Positions 1-9,361 of a DNA stretch of 64,000 nucleotides are shown here, in pieces. The notes below the pieces were generated by a model. That model was given only the letters and a program-made list of their open reading frames with translations, was not told where the DNA came from and searched no databases. The position numbers and the translations under genes are program-made. Source of the DNA: Patescibacteria group bacterium. GTDB taxonomy: Bacteria > Patescibacteriota > Minisyncoccia > Phycocordibacterales > SIBU01. The stretch's first letter is position 1, and every line of letters begins with the position of its first letter. The stretch covers positions 101,113 through 165,112 of the forward strand of contig JAZJZC010000002.1 of assembly GCA_040390045.1 (NCBI GenBank), in the 5' to 3' direction.

Positions 1-346
1 CATTGCTATTATTTAAAATTTCTCCGGAATTTGTTCCGCGCGTCAGCGTTAAATTCCCCGAAGTTATTTCAAAAGTTAGAGGGTTTTGGTTGGTTGGAAG
101 TTCCGCGCGTTCGATTGCCAGTTTGTTGGTCGTGGGCGTGTCTACTGAGTTTGCTCCGGAAAGCGCCCAGTCTATTTTCCCAATAAGATACGCGCCTTCT
201 TCCTCGAGCATGGCTTTTGCTTGGTTTCGGTTGTGAGATTCAAAAATATTAAAAACTGAAACCAGCGTGCCGCCGATAATTATTCCGTACAACGCGAGGT
301 AGATAAGGGTTTCTATTAATGTGAAGCCAGAGTTTTTTCGAGTCAT
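1..346 (-). CDS. type IV pilin-like protein (5'-partial, runs off window)
   Basis: Reverse-strand ATG at 346-344 translates MTRKNSGFTLIETLIYLALYGIIIGG...; this has a G|FTLIE prepilin-peptidase motif with Glu5 followed by a hydrophobic helix. No stop is reached before the window edge. Confidence 0.6.
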   Translation of the reverse strand, partial: MTRKNSGFTLIETLIYLALYGIIIGGTLVSVFNIFESHNRNQAKAMLEEEGAYLIGKIDWALSGANSVDTPTTNKLAIERAELPTNQNPLTFEITSGNLTLTRGTNSGEILNNSN

Positions 347-354
347 TTTAATTT

Positions 355-2340
355 TTAAGAACTAGTTACCGTTGTAATATATCCTGTGTTGCTAGCATCG
401 ACTGAACCAACGTACAAATAATTCCCTTCGCAATCAAGAGCCACGCCTCCGACGCCAGTTGTGTTGTTTGGCCAAGGTATCGCGGGAGCGAAACTGGCAG
501 TTGAAGTGGCGTTCAGGATTTGCAATTGTCCACCTTTGGTTGCGCTTCCGAGTAACAAAAAGGCCAGCGAATCTCGCACAAGTAATCCGTTGAGGCTAAA
601 CGGGTTACTACTATTTGGCCCGACATCTTTCGTTTGTAAAATTTTCGGAATTGTTGATGATGCATCCAAAGATATAAATTCCGGCGCGGTGCTAATGTAG
701 GTTCGGCCCAAAAACCAGCGGTCACCGACGACGTAGAGACTTCTGCCAAAACCGAAACCGCTTTGTTCGGGCAGGGCGTTGTAGAAAAATTTTAAATTTG
801 GCGAGCTCGGATTGCTAACATCTAACACCACAATTTCTTTGGCTTGGTCGCTGGTGGTCAGATACGCCGTGTTTCCACGAACATACATTTTGTTGATCGC
901 GCTTCCGATTGAGTAGCCGCCGACAAGCGTTGGATTTCCTGGATCGCGCACGTCGATAATATTAAATTCCGGCCCACTATTTGTCTTTGTTAATCCGAGA
1001 TAGACGTAACCGTTTTTATAAAAAATACTGTTACCCAAAGCCTGCCCGCCGTTTCCGGTAACCGTTGGAATTGTGTAGGTGCTCAAAACTTCTGCCGGAT
1101 CGACACTGACATCAATAATTTGCAGTTGGCCGCTGGCGGGACCAGAGTCGGTTGCGACGTAGGCGAAGTGTCCATCTGTGGCGAGAGTATTAAAACCACT
1201 TGTGATTGTAGAGTTGCTACCGAGACCAGAATAAAAAGTTGGATTTTTCGGATCTGCCAGATTAAAAATATACAATTGTTTTATGTAGGTGACCGTGATT
1301 CTGACATGGTCGACTGAAGCTGTGCGCGTTGAAGCAGAGGATCCGATGGCCGAAAGAGCAACGCCGAAGTTCGAATTATTTATTTCCGATGGGCTCCAGG
1401 TTTCTCCCCACAAATCTCCACTGTTGCCGTAGACGGCGTAGGTGTCGGCGCTCGGCCACGGATTTAAGGTGGCTTTGTTTGTGGTGCCGATTGTGCCATC
1501 TGATTTTACAATTTTGATTTCTTTATCTAAAACGCTACCCGCTCCTGCGCTGCCTCGACTGCGTTCGATTTCCACCTTGATGCCGAGAATGGTGGCACCG
1601 GGTGGAATGGTGAAGCCGAAATTTTGAGCTAAAAGATAGTGAGTGGAAATCGCGCCATTTATAGATGCGGTTGCGGAAGCATTATCGCTTGCCACAATTT
1701 TTTCTGGGTTGTTCCACGGTAGGCTCCCGACACTTGAATCGTCGTTTCCTGTTCCGGCATTTTTTGGTCCGAGATTTTGGCTCGATTGATTTACCGTTAC
1801 GTGCAATTTTCCGTTGCTCGCATCGAGATCAGTGATTGGGTAGGCATTTGAAATATCGCCAATTAAATTTCCGAGAGAAAAATTGGTGACCGTGGGATTT
1901 TTCCAATTGCCTGAGAGAAACGAATTGCAGGTATCACCACTTGAAACATTTTCAAAATTACTGACGAGGGTCGACATTTCGACATGTCTTGAAATTTTGC
2001 TGTCATCAGTCCAGCTGACATGCGCGGTTACCTCCTTTGTCAGAAAATTGTTTGTGGTGGGCGAGTTGATGTCCGTCCAAATTTTGTAATAGCCGTCTGG
2101 GGTTGTGGTGGCGGAAGATGGATTAACCATTCGAAAATCTTTTCGAGCAGTGGCCGCCGCTTCTTCCAAAATTTTTTGCGCCTCTCCTAAAGCCTCGGAG
2201 TTTGTTTGTGCGCCGATTAAAAAATTTTGATTACCGAAAGAAACCATAATGACTGAAGAAATTACGGTGCTCATGATCGCCAGCGCGATCATGATTTCCA
2301 AAGTGCTAAAACCTCTTTGGTTGGGGGTTAGTTGGTCCAT
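355..2340 (-). CDS. pilin-like N-terminus fused to a large LVIVD-repeat beta-propeller domain (putative pilus-tip adhesin)
   Basis: 661-aa ORF. The N-terminus is MDQLTPNQRGFSTLEIMIALAIM (prepilin cleavage/methylation motif). The C-terminal half carries repeated LQIIDVSVDP / FNIIDVRDPGNP / IVVLDVSNPSSP blocks typical of LVIVD repeats. Confidence 0.65.
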   Translation of the reverse strand: MDQLTPNQRGFSTLEIMIALAIMSTVISSVIMVSFGNQNFLIGAQTNSEALGEAQKILEEAAATARKDFRMVNPSSATTTPDGYYKIWTDINSPTTNNFLTKEVTAHVSWTDDSKISRHVEMSTLVSNFENVSSGDTCNSFLSGNWKNPTVTNFSLGNLIGDISNAYPITDLDASNGKLHVTVNQSSQNLGPKNAGTGNDDSSVGSLPWNNPEKIVASDNASATASINGAISTHYLLAQNFGFTIPPGATILGIKVEIERSRGSAGAGSVLDKEIKIVKSDGTIGTTNKATLNPWPSADTYAVYGNSGDLWGETWSPSEINNSNFGVALSAIGSSASTRTASVDHVRITVTYIKQLYIFNLADPKNPTFYSGLGSNSTITSGFNTLATDGHFAYVATDSGPASGQLQIIDVSVDPAEVLSTYTIPTVTGNGGQALGNSIFYKNGYVYLGLTKTNSGPEFNIIDVRDPGNPTLVGGYSIGSAINKMYVRGNTAYLTTSDQAKEIVVLDVSNPSSPNLKFFYNALPEQSGFGFGRSLYVVGDRWFLGRTYISTAPEFISLDASSTIPKILQTKDVGPNSSNPFSLNGLLVRDSLAFLLLGSATKGGQLQILNATSTASFAPAIPWPNNTTGVGGVALDCEGNYLYVGSVDASNTGYITTVTSS

Positions 2341-2810
2341 GAAATTTGTCCTTCACTGCCGATGGTTATTGTTGATGATGCGCTAGTTTCATCTGAGAGA
2401 ATAATGCTTGCCGGATTTGCATCTGCTGAGAGTTGTTCAAAATAAATATCGACCGGTCCGGTGGCGTCGATTGCTTGAGAAATATTTTTACCAACGTCAA
2501 TTGGAACGTTGAGTGAGTCAGTCGTGTTGTAGATTTTTCCTTGAAACATAATTAATTTCAAAAGTTTTCCGGAACTTATTTCCAAATGGACGCCGTGAGC
2601 CGCGCCGTCGGTACAATTGCCAAGACAGACGTTGTGCATGGATTGTGCTCGAGAGTGCTGAAGGGCCAAGACCAGCATGTCTCGTTGGTTACGGAAAGAA
2701 GAATTTTGGTAATCCCGCGTACTGACAAATAAACCGAGTGAAGCTACGACACCAAGAAGCGCAGTGACGATAATAATTTCTATGAGAGTGATTCCTCGTT
2801 TGTATTTCAT
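2328..2810 (-). CDS. minor pilin / pseudopilin
   Basis: Internal start MKYKRGITLIEIIIVTALLGV at 2810 gives a prepilin motif. The upstream 34 codons of the listed ORF would overlap the pilC-like gene, so the shorter start is preferred. Confidence 0.6.
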   Translation of the reverse strand: MKYKRGITLIEIIIVTALLGVVASLGLFVSTRDYQNSSFRNQRDMLVLALQHSRAQSMHNVCLGNCTDGAAHGVHLEISSGKLLKLIMFQGKIYNTTDSLNVPIDVGKNISQAIDATGPVDIYFEQLSADANPASIILSDETSASSTITIGSEGQISWTN

Positions 2811-2841
2811 CGTAAAAAGAAATTCGCCAAACATATGAGCT

Positions 2842-3927
2842 CTAAGGGTGTAAGTTCTGGGTGATACTGTATATCGGTGTAATGATTGATATCGCAATAA
2901 AACCCACCACAAGTCCCATGCAAATCATAAGCACCGGTTCGATAATGCTCGATATATTTTTAGTGAAATCATCAATTTCTCCGTCGTATAATTCGGAAAC
3001 ATAGGTTAAAGAATTTGATAAATTACCACTGCGTTCTCCGACTGAAATAATTTGCGAGACAACATCAGGAAAAATGTTTCGTTTGGTTTTCAGATGCTCA
3101 GACATTTTTTCTCCGCGATCAACGACGAGCGCCAAGGTTAGAAATTCTTTCCGGTAAACAAGATTTTTCGTGGTGTTTACTAAAATAGGCAGGGCTTCGG
3201 AAATCGTAATGCCACTCTTTAAAAGAATTCCGAGAGTTCTGGTGGCGCTGGCCAAATTATAGTGCTCGATCACTTTGCCAATGATTGGGATTTTTAGAAT
3301 GCAGAGATCAAAATAAAAATGAAGTCGTGGAATTTTCTTGAGAGCGATAAAAAATACAATTGATAATACGAAGAGGATTCCTAAAATTAAAAATCCGTCA
3401 TGAGTAACCATTTTGTTTATAAAAATCACGATTCGCGTCGAGAGGGGAAGTTTGATGTGTAAGCTCGCAAACACCGGCATGATTTTGGGAAACAAATAGA
3501 GGATTAAGAAAATCGTAATACCAAACGTGGCGAGGGTGACAATTGCGGGGTAGATAAAAGCCCCGATAATTTTTCGTTTCAAGATTTGTTTTTTGCGAAG
3601 CTCGTCCGCCAGGTAACTTAGGTTTTCGCTCAAGAGTCCCGTGGATTCGCCGATGCGTATAATATTGATGGCAAATTCCCCGAAGGCGTTTTCTTGAATG
3701 GAAAGTGAGGTTGAGAGAAAGAGTCCATTTCCAATGTCGTCTAAAATGGCTTTCAAAATTATTTTTTGTTTCTTTGATCGTGTTTGTTCAAGGAGCATCG
3801 ACAGACTTTCGTGCAGTGGCACACCCGCGCTTATTAAGAATGACAATCGTTTGATCAAAAAAGTTTGCTCCTTGACTGAGAGACGAGGCCGAAAGTAAGA
3901 AAGCCAGATTTTTTTGATAAATTTCAT
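2842..3927 (-). CDS. type II secretion / type IV pilus platform protein (GspF/PilC family)
   Basis: 361-aa polytopic membrane protein with two T2SSF-like halves. It is colinear with the GspE-like ATPase and the pseudopilin genes. Confidence 0.7.
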   Translation of the reverse strand: MKFIKKIWLSYFRPRLSVKEQTFLIKRLSFLISAGVPLHESLSMLLEQTRSKKQKIILKAILDDIGNGLFLSTSLSIQENAFGEFAINIIRIGESTGLLSENLSYLADELRKKQILKRKIIGAFIYPAIVTLATFGITIFLILYLFPKIMPVFASLHIKLPLSTRIVIFINKMVTHDGFLILGILFVLSIVFFIALKKIPRLHFYFDLCILKIPIIGKVIEHYNLASATRTLGILLKSGITISEALPILVNTTKNLVYRKEFLTLALVVDRGEKMSEHLKTKRNIFPDVVSQIISVGERSGNLSNSLTYVSELYDGEIDDFTKNISSIIEPVLMICMGLVVGFIAISIITPIYSITQNLHP

Positions 3928-3930
3928 ATT

Positions 3931-5166
3931 TTATTCATGAACGACGCGTAAAATTTCTTCGAGCGTGGTGATGCCCTCCGCCACTTTTTTACAGCCGTCT
4001 TCCATCATGGTGGTCATGCCTTCTGCTGTTGCAATTTTTTTAATTTTGCTTGCTGGTGCTCGACGGATGATGGCCTCTTTAATTGCGTCATCTGCCACAA
4101 GTACTTCGTTGATGGAAATTCTGCCGCGGTAACCGCTGTTGCCACAGGACATACAGCCGGCGCCTCGGCGTATTTTTTTGCTATCTCTCAAAATTTTTTC
4201 AAGCGTTGTGCCCGCAAGATTTTTCTCTAGCACGGTTGGCAATGTAACTTCTTTTGCGCAGTGCTGGCAGATTTTCCGGACGAGCCTTTGTCCAATTGCT
4301 AAAGTTACCGTTGAGGCAATTAAGTATTCTTCGATGCCCATATCTAAAAGGCGTGGAAGGGTGGTGGCGGCATCGTTTGTGTGGAGAGTTGAGAGCACGA
4401 GATGCCCCGTCAGGGCGGCGTTGACGGCGACGGTTGCGGTTTCGGCATCTCTGATTTCACCAACCATAATAATATTTGGATCTTGGCGGAGGATGGATCG
4501 TAGGCCGTTGGCGAAGGAAAGTTTTGTTTGAGCATTGACTTGAATTTGTTCGATGTCTGAAACAGCGTATTCAATTGGGTCTTCAATAGTAATGACCGAA
4601 ACTTCCGGTGTGCTCAGCATTTTGACCAAGGTGTAAAGTGTCGTGGTTTTACCCGAACCTGTTGGACCAGTTGAGAGAATCATGCCGCTGGTTTTTTTCA
4701 TGGCGGTCGAAATTTTCTCGATGTCATTTTTACTGAAGCCGAGGTTTTCCAAACTGAAATTTTCAGCGCGGTCGGAGAGCAGACGCAACACCGCATTTTC
4801 GCCGTGGTAGGTCGGCACAATCGAAACACGGATGTCCACGATTTCGTTGGTATCTGAAAAAATGTGTCTGAAACGCCCGTCTTGAGTTGCCTGATGTTCA
4901 TCGGTTCGCAGACGTGCCAAAACTTTAATTCGCGAAATAATTTCGGAGTGAATTTTTTTGGGAAAGTCGTGCGCGTGCTGTAAGACGCCGTCAATTCGAA
5001 AACGGATTCGAACACTTTCAACGTTTGGATCAATGTGGATATCGGAAACTCGGGCGCCGTGCGCTTCTTCGAGAAGGCCGGCGAATAGATTGATAATGGA
5101 AAGATTTTCTCCGCGCAGAAGTTCTTGGGCGACACGTTCAATTTTTTCTGAAGAGGGGAGAGGCAT
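3931..5166 (-). CDS. GspE/PilB-family secretion ATPase (short form lacking N-terminal domains)
   Basis: Walker A GPTGSGKTT, Asp box, Walker B and His box (LVLSTLHTND) are present. The C-terminus has a tetracysteine cluster (CQHCAKE...CMSCGNSGYRGR). At 411 aa it is shorter than canonical PilB. Confidence 0.75.
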   Translation of the reverse strand: MPLPSSEKIERVAQELLRGENLSIINLFAGLLEEAHGARVSDIHIDPNVESVRIRFRIDGVLQHAHDFPKKIHSEIISRIKVLARLRTDEHQATQDGRFRHIFSDTNEIVDIRVSIVPTYHGENAVLRLLSDRAENFSLENLGFSKNDIEKISTAMKKTSGMILSTGPTGSGKTTTLYTLVKMLSTPEVSVITIEDPIEYAVSDIEQIQVNAQTKLSFANGLRSILRQDPNIIMVGEIRDAETATVAVNAALTGHLVLSTLHTNDAATTLPRLLDMGIEEYLIASTVTLAIGQRLVRKICQHCAKEVTLPTVLEKNLAGTTLEKILRDSKKIRRGAGCMSCGNSGYRGRISINEVLVADDAIKEAIIRRAPASKIKKIATAEGMTTMMEDGCKKVAEGITTLEEILRVVHE

Positions 5167-5228
5167 GATTTTAGTGTAATATAAAAGTTGTCAGTATACA
5201 ACAACTAAAATATTACTAAATCAGCGAG

Positions 5229-5825
5229 GTGCGACTATGGTATACTTTTGCTATGCATTTTCTCAGAAAATATCAGTACGTTTTTCTTTTTTCGCTCTTA
5301 ATTTTGGCGGTGACCGCGGGAATTGAGTTGTGGACTGGGCGCTCGCCTTGGGGACCAGACGGAAAATTTGGTTGGTGGGATGGAAATGTTTGGGGTTCGG
5401 AAAGTTCTCAACGAGTGGCGGATGCATACTCGTTCTCGCACATTATTCACGGCATGTTGTTTTACGCTTTTTTGTGGCTGGTGGCGCGGCGGGTTCCGGC
5501 GAGATATCGATTTGTTCTTGCGCTTTTAATGGAAGCCGGCTGGGAGCTTTTGGAAAATTCTCCGATCATTGTTGATCGCTATCGAGCAGTTACAATTTCG
5601 CTTGGCTATGTCGGGGACAGCGTGCTCAATTCGGTTTCCGATATTATTATGGCGGGCATAGGATTTTTGATTTCACGAAGCGTGAAAGTTTGGGTGAGCA
5701 TTCTGCTTATTATTATCATGGAGGTTGGTTGTTTGTTTTGGGTGAGGGATAATTTAACGCTAAATGTCATTATGCTGGTGGCGCCGCAGGAATCTATTAA
5801 AAATTGGCAATCGGAAGGGCATTAA
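5229..5825 (+). CDS. hypothetical integral membrane protein
   Basis: 198-aa ORF with several hydrophobic helices. No motif recognised with certainty. Confidence 0.4.
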   Translation: MRLWYTFAMHFLRKYQYVFLFSLLILAVTAGIELWTGRSPWGPDGKFGWWDGNVWGSESSQRVADAYSFSHIIHGMLFYAFLWLVARRVPARYRFVLALLMEAGWELLENSPIIVDRYRAVTISLGYVGDSVLNSVSDIIMAGIGFLISRSVKVWVSILLIIIMEVGCLFWVRDNLTLNVIMLVAPQESIKNWQSEGH

Positions 5826-5957
5826 TAAATAATCCAACATATTTGTTATGGGAATAGAAAAAATGTATAAATTCTCAGGCCTTTTTATCGGTGCGGCTTT
5901 AGGTTTAGTTTCTTTGGTTGTAACAGTGCCGATTTTTTTTTCGCTGTTTTTGGACTC

Positions 5958-6752
5958 ATGTTATTTGGAGGCAATGCTCCGCTTATACCGATGATAGGCG
6001 GCCCTCTCATTATTTTTTTGACCTGCGTAATTATTTTTTCATACATCGGATCAAAAATTGGTACGAGAATTGAGTCTGATACTGAAAACGTAGAGAAAAA
6101 TAAAAAACGGGCAGCGTTAATTTTTTGGCTATCGCTTCTATGTCTAGCAGGAGGGGCTTTTTTCTCTGTCACAAGATTAGTTTCAATTTACGTGGCAACT
6201 CTTTCCGCAACTAAAGAGGCAAGTACGGAAGCCGGAGCAATTACTTCGACAGAACCGCACTATGAAAATTATGCAACGATTGGCGATGTTAGTTTTGAAA
6301 CGCAAGAACCATTTTCCGAAAAACAAGGTATCAACGGCCAATTAATTACAGTCTCTTTGTTCAAAAAATTGCAAATACTTGTTCCTATTTCTGTAACGCA
6401 GGCAGGAACCTATCAGGTGAATCTTCAGTATGGTGATGAGAAAATTGGCACTGCTCCGATGAAGGTGATTACACAAGCTCTCCACGTTGGCTCCAACATT
6501 GTTACGATTGAATTTCTTGCTGATGAGTCTCGAGAATATGGCTATGTTTCTCCAAAATCTGCTGGAGGAGTTGCCCAAGTTCAGTTAGGATACCTTGTAT
6601 CAAAAAAGGAACTTATGGGTAGTCTGAAATCAAATAACGCGATCAATCAAAAGATACTTGAACAATTTATGAAAGACGAAGCCTCTAATCAAGGGGTTAA
6701 TTCCAATGCGACTGTTAATAAATTTATTGTTAAAAAAGAAGTTCAATTTTAA
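5958..6752 (+). CDS. hypothetical membrane-anchored/secreted protein
   Basis: 264-aa ORF with an N-terminal hydrophobic region. No recognisable domain. Confidence 0.35.
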   Translation: MLFGGNAPLIPMIGGPLIIFLTCVIIFSYIGSKIGTRIESDTENVEKNKKRAALIFWLSLLCLAGGAFFSVTRLVSIYVATLSATKEASTEAGAITSTEPHYENYATIGDVSFETQEPFSEKQGINGQLITVSLFKKLQILVPISVTQAGTYQVNLQYGDEKIGTAPMKVITQALHVGSNIVTIEFLADESREYGYVSPKSAGGVAQVQLGYLVSKKELMGSLKSNNAINQKILEQFMKDEASNQGVNSNATVNKFIVKKEVQF

Positions 6753-6757
6753 TCGCC

Positions 6758-7231
6758 ATGTTTTTATTTTTATGTAAATGTTTTCTCGGATTGATTCTCG
6801 CTATGCTTTTATTGGGAGTGGCGCGGACGTTATTTCTCGAGCATTCGGACAATCAAGCAAAATTTTCAGCGGGAAAATTTCCGAGTGTGGCGCCCGAAGG
6901 TTTTTTCAAGGGCACGGTTCCGGGCTACAGCGTTTCGTGGAAAGGAAAAAAATTTTCAGCGGCAGAAAGCAGTGGGATCAATCTTTTTGACGATGGCAAT
7001 GGTGGTCAAAAAGAACGGTATCCTTTTGTGACAAGTGAAGGCAAGGGCGTGCACGATAAAAGTCTTGAAGTTTTGAAAATTGATTACAACATTTCGGCAA
7101 ATCCGCTTTGGTTGCGACCAATTTTAGATGAGATTGTCGAGGTTTCTCCTGAGCATTTTCTTGGAAAAGTGCACGTGAGGATTATCCCGGGATTTCCATT
7201 TACTCTCGCTTTTTTCGAGCTTCAAAAATAA
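6758..7231 (+). CDS. hypothetical protein with N-terminal signal/TM segment
   Basis: 157-aa ORF with a hydrophobic N-terminus. Confidence 0.3.
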   Translation: MFLFLCKCFLGLILAMLLLGVARTLFLEHSDNQAKFSAGKFPSVAPEGFFKGTVPGYSVSWKGKKFSAAESSGINLFDDGNGGQKERYPFVTSEGKGVHDKSLEVLKIDYNISANPLWLRPILDEIVEVSPEHFLGKVHVRIIPGFPFTLAFFELQK

Positions 7232-7242
7232 TCTGAAAAGTT

Positions 7243-7890
7243 TTAGTGCGCCAAGGCGATTGATAAAATTTTTCGAGCGCCCGCGCGCCGGAGCGCGCGG
7301 GCGGCTTCGTCAAACGTTGCGCCGGTTGTAGTGACGTCGTCAAAAAGAATAATATTTTTTCCTGAAATTTTTTCAGGATCGGACACCTCGAAACAACCTG
7401 AAAGATTTTCCAGCCGTTCTGAGCGATTCTTTTTGGTTTGACTGACCGTATCTTTATTTTTTACTAAAAGATTTTTTTCATATTGAAAAAAATTTCCACC
7501 ATCTTTGCTGTACACCAAATCAGTGACTAGTTCGCACTGATTAAAACCGCGCTCAGCTCGGCGAGTTTTTGAGAGGGGAATGGGAATTAAAATTGGTTTA
7601 CCAAAGGCTTCAAATATTTCTCGCTCGCTCAACTCCTCCGCCAGTTCATCATAGAGACATTCCGCGAAAAGGTGCGCCACTTTTTTATTTCCTCGATATT
7701 TTAGTTCCCAAATCATTTGTTTTATCAAAAGATTTTTGTAGTCAAAGATGGCAGTGGTATCTTTCGGTAAATTTCCGGAATTTTTAAGCGTTAGCTTTTT
7801 TAAATTCTCCGGAGTGAGCGCGTCGATCTCTTTTAAGATTTTTGACTGCGGCAAGAGAAGCTCGAGAATATAGATGAAAAGTTTTTTCAT
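7243..7890 (-). CDS. comF: ComF-family phosphoribosyltransferase-like competence protein
   Basis: RGFNQ motif and C-terminal PRTase signature ILFDDVTTTGATFDEAARAL. Adjacent to pilus genes. Confidence 0.65.
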   Translation of the reverse strand: MKKLFIYILELLLPQSKILKEIDALTPENLKKLTLKNSGNLPKDTTAIFDYKNLLIKQMIWELKYRGNKKVAHLFAECLYDELAEELSEREIFEAFGKPILIPIPLSKTRRAERGFNQCELVTDLVYSKDGGNFFQYEKNLLVKNKDTVSQTKKNRSERLENLSGCFEVSDPEKISGKNIILFDDVTTTGATFDEAARALRRAGARKILSIALAH

Positions 7891-7969
7891 GTCATGTTAT
7901 ACTAATATATACGGCTGAGTATGCAATCTGATATGTTTCGGTTGATCAAACTCTTCTTTTTCATTTTCT

Positions 7970-9109
7970 ATGGACAATCCTTTAAAAACTATTCTCAATT
8001 TGTTTAAAAAGTCCGGCGATTCCGTTTTAGGTATTGATATTGGCGCATCCTCGATCAAGGTGGTTCAAGTGAGAAAGAAAGCTGGGCAAGCGGTGCTTGA
8101 AACCTACGGTGAATTGGCGCTTGGACCCTACGCTGGTTTTGAAGTTGGTCGCGCTACCCATTTGCCGACGGATAAAATTATCGAAGCGATGGGGGATGTG
8201 CTTCGTGAAGCAAACACAACCACTAAACGATGCGGCGTTTCTATTCCTCTTTCTTCAAGTTTGGTTTCGCTTATTGAAATGCCTTCTATTCCAACAGCCC
8301 AGCTCGCGCAAATGGTTCCGCTCGAAGCTCGAAAATATATTCCGGTGCCGGTTAGTGAAATTACGCTCGACTGGTGGGTGATTCCCAAAGAAGAAAGCAA
8401 GGTGTTTACCTCAGAGCCGACTGACGCTCCACTCGGCGCATCGGCATTGAAGCCCACGACGGAAAAAATAAATGTTTTGGTTGTGGCTATTCACAATGAG
8501 GCCATCAATAAATATCAGGACATTGTTTCAAAAAGCATGTTGGACTCTTCTTTTTTCGAGATTGAAATTTTCAGTTCCATGAGATCAGTATTGCGTGAGG
8601 AAAATGCTACGGCGATGATTTTTGATTTTGGCGCTGGATCAACCAAGCTCTACATTATCGACCGCGGCATTGTCAGAGTTTCTCACACGATCAATCGCGG
8701 TTCGCAAGACATTACGCTTGCCATGTCGCGGGCGCTCAACATCTCAGTTCCGGAAGCAGAAAATATTAAACGAACTTCCGGTTTGGGTTATCAAGGTGGT
8801 GGTGTGGATATCACACAAGTTATTTCTGCGAGCCTCAACTTCGTGCTTTCTGAAGCCAGCAGAGTATTGGTGACGTATGAAAAACGCTACAACAAAACGT
8901 TAAATAGCGTGGTGTTGACGGGAGGAGGTTCCAACTTGAAAGGTTTTTTTGAAATGGCTAGAGACAATTTCCAAATTCCAGTGGTGATGGCTGATCCGTT
9001 TTCGCGACTGCAATCGCCGCCGTTTCTTGATCCGGTACTCAAGGGCGCTGGGCCAGAATTTGCCGTGGCGATTGGTGTGGCGTTGCGTCGGTTGCAAGAA
9101 ACTGCGTAA
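7970..9109 (+). CDS. pilM: type IV pilus assembly ATPase-like protein PilM
   Basis: N-terminal GIDIGASSIKVVQV actin-like fold motif. 379 aa. Pilus gene context. Confidence 0.75.
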   Translation: MDNPLKTILNLFKKSGDSVLGIDIGASSIKVVQVRKKAGQAVLETYGELALGPYAGFEVGRATHLPTDKIIEAMGDVLREANTTTKRCGVSIPLSSSLVSLIEMPSIPTAQLAQMVPLEARKYIPVPVSEITLDWWVIPKEESKVFTSEPTDAPLGASALKPTTEKINVLVVAIHNEAINKYQDIVSKSMLDSSFFEIEIFSSMRSVLREENATAMIFDFGAGSTKLYIIDRGIVRVSHTINRGSQDITLAMSRALNISVPEAENIKRTSGLGYQGGGVDITQVISASLNFVLSEASRVLVTYEKRYNKTLNSVVLTGGGSNLKGFFEMARDNFQIPVVMADPFSRLQSPPFLDPVLKGAGPEFAVAIGVALRRLQETA

Positions 9110-9120
9110 GGAAGTAGGTT

Positions 9121-9155
9121 AGCCCGCCTGAACGACTGAGACCGTTCAGTTGGGC
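9121..9155 (+). terminator. GC-rich hairpin after pilM (cccgcctgaacg...cgttcagttgggcggg)
   Basis: Perfect inverted repeat immediately downstream of the pilM stop. Confidence 0.5.
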
Positions 9156-9193
9156 GGGTAAGTTAGTAGGTAGAGGGTAGAAAAAACAAAACT

Positions 9194-9220
9194 AATGGCC
9201 GCGACTCTGTCGCGGCCATT
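9194..9220 (+). terminator. hairpin aatggccgcgactctgtcgcggccatt followed by a T-rich tract
   Basis: Inverted repeat plus atttatt; rho-independent terminator-like. Confidence 0.55.
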
Positions 9221-9251
9221 ATTTATTCGGGTTTCCCCGTTCCTTGTGTTC

Positions 9252-9284
9252 CCCGCCCGTACCGAAACGTTACGTTCGGGCGGG
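9252..9284 (+). terminator. third hairpin cccgcccgtaccgaaacgttacgttcgggcggg
   Basis: Inverted repeat that shares its cccgcc...ggcggg ends with the first hairpin. Confidence 0.4.
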
Positions 9285-9342
9285 CATGATCCATGTTCTG
9301 TGATTCTGGAAGTTATCCCCACCTCTCTTCTCTTCAAAAAAG

Positions 9343-9351
9343 TGCTACAAT
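9343..9351 (+). promoter_or_regulatory. extended -10-like element TGcTACAAT upstream of the giant ORF
   Basis: tgctacaat lies 11 nt upstream of ATG 9362. No clear -35 or Shine-Dalgarno sequence is present. Confidence 0.35.
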
Positions 9352-9361
9352 ACTGAATAAT

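Noticed and set aside
3-236. Plus-strand 77-aa ORF at the window start
   Set aside because: It is antisense to a much better supported minus-strand pilin-like gene (prepilin motif MTRKNSGFTLIETLIY) and has no motif of its own.
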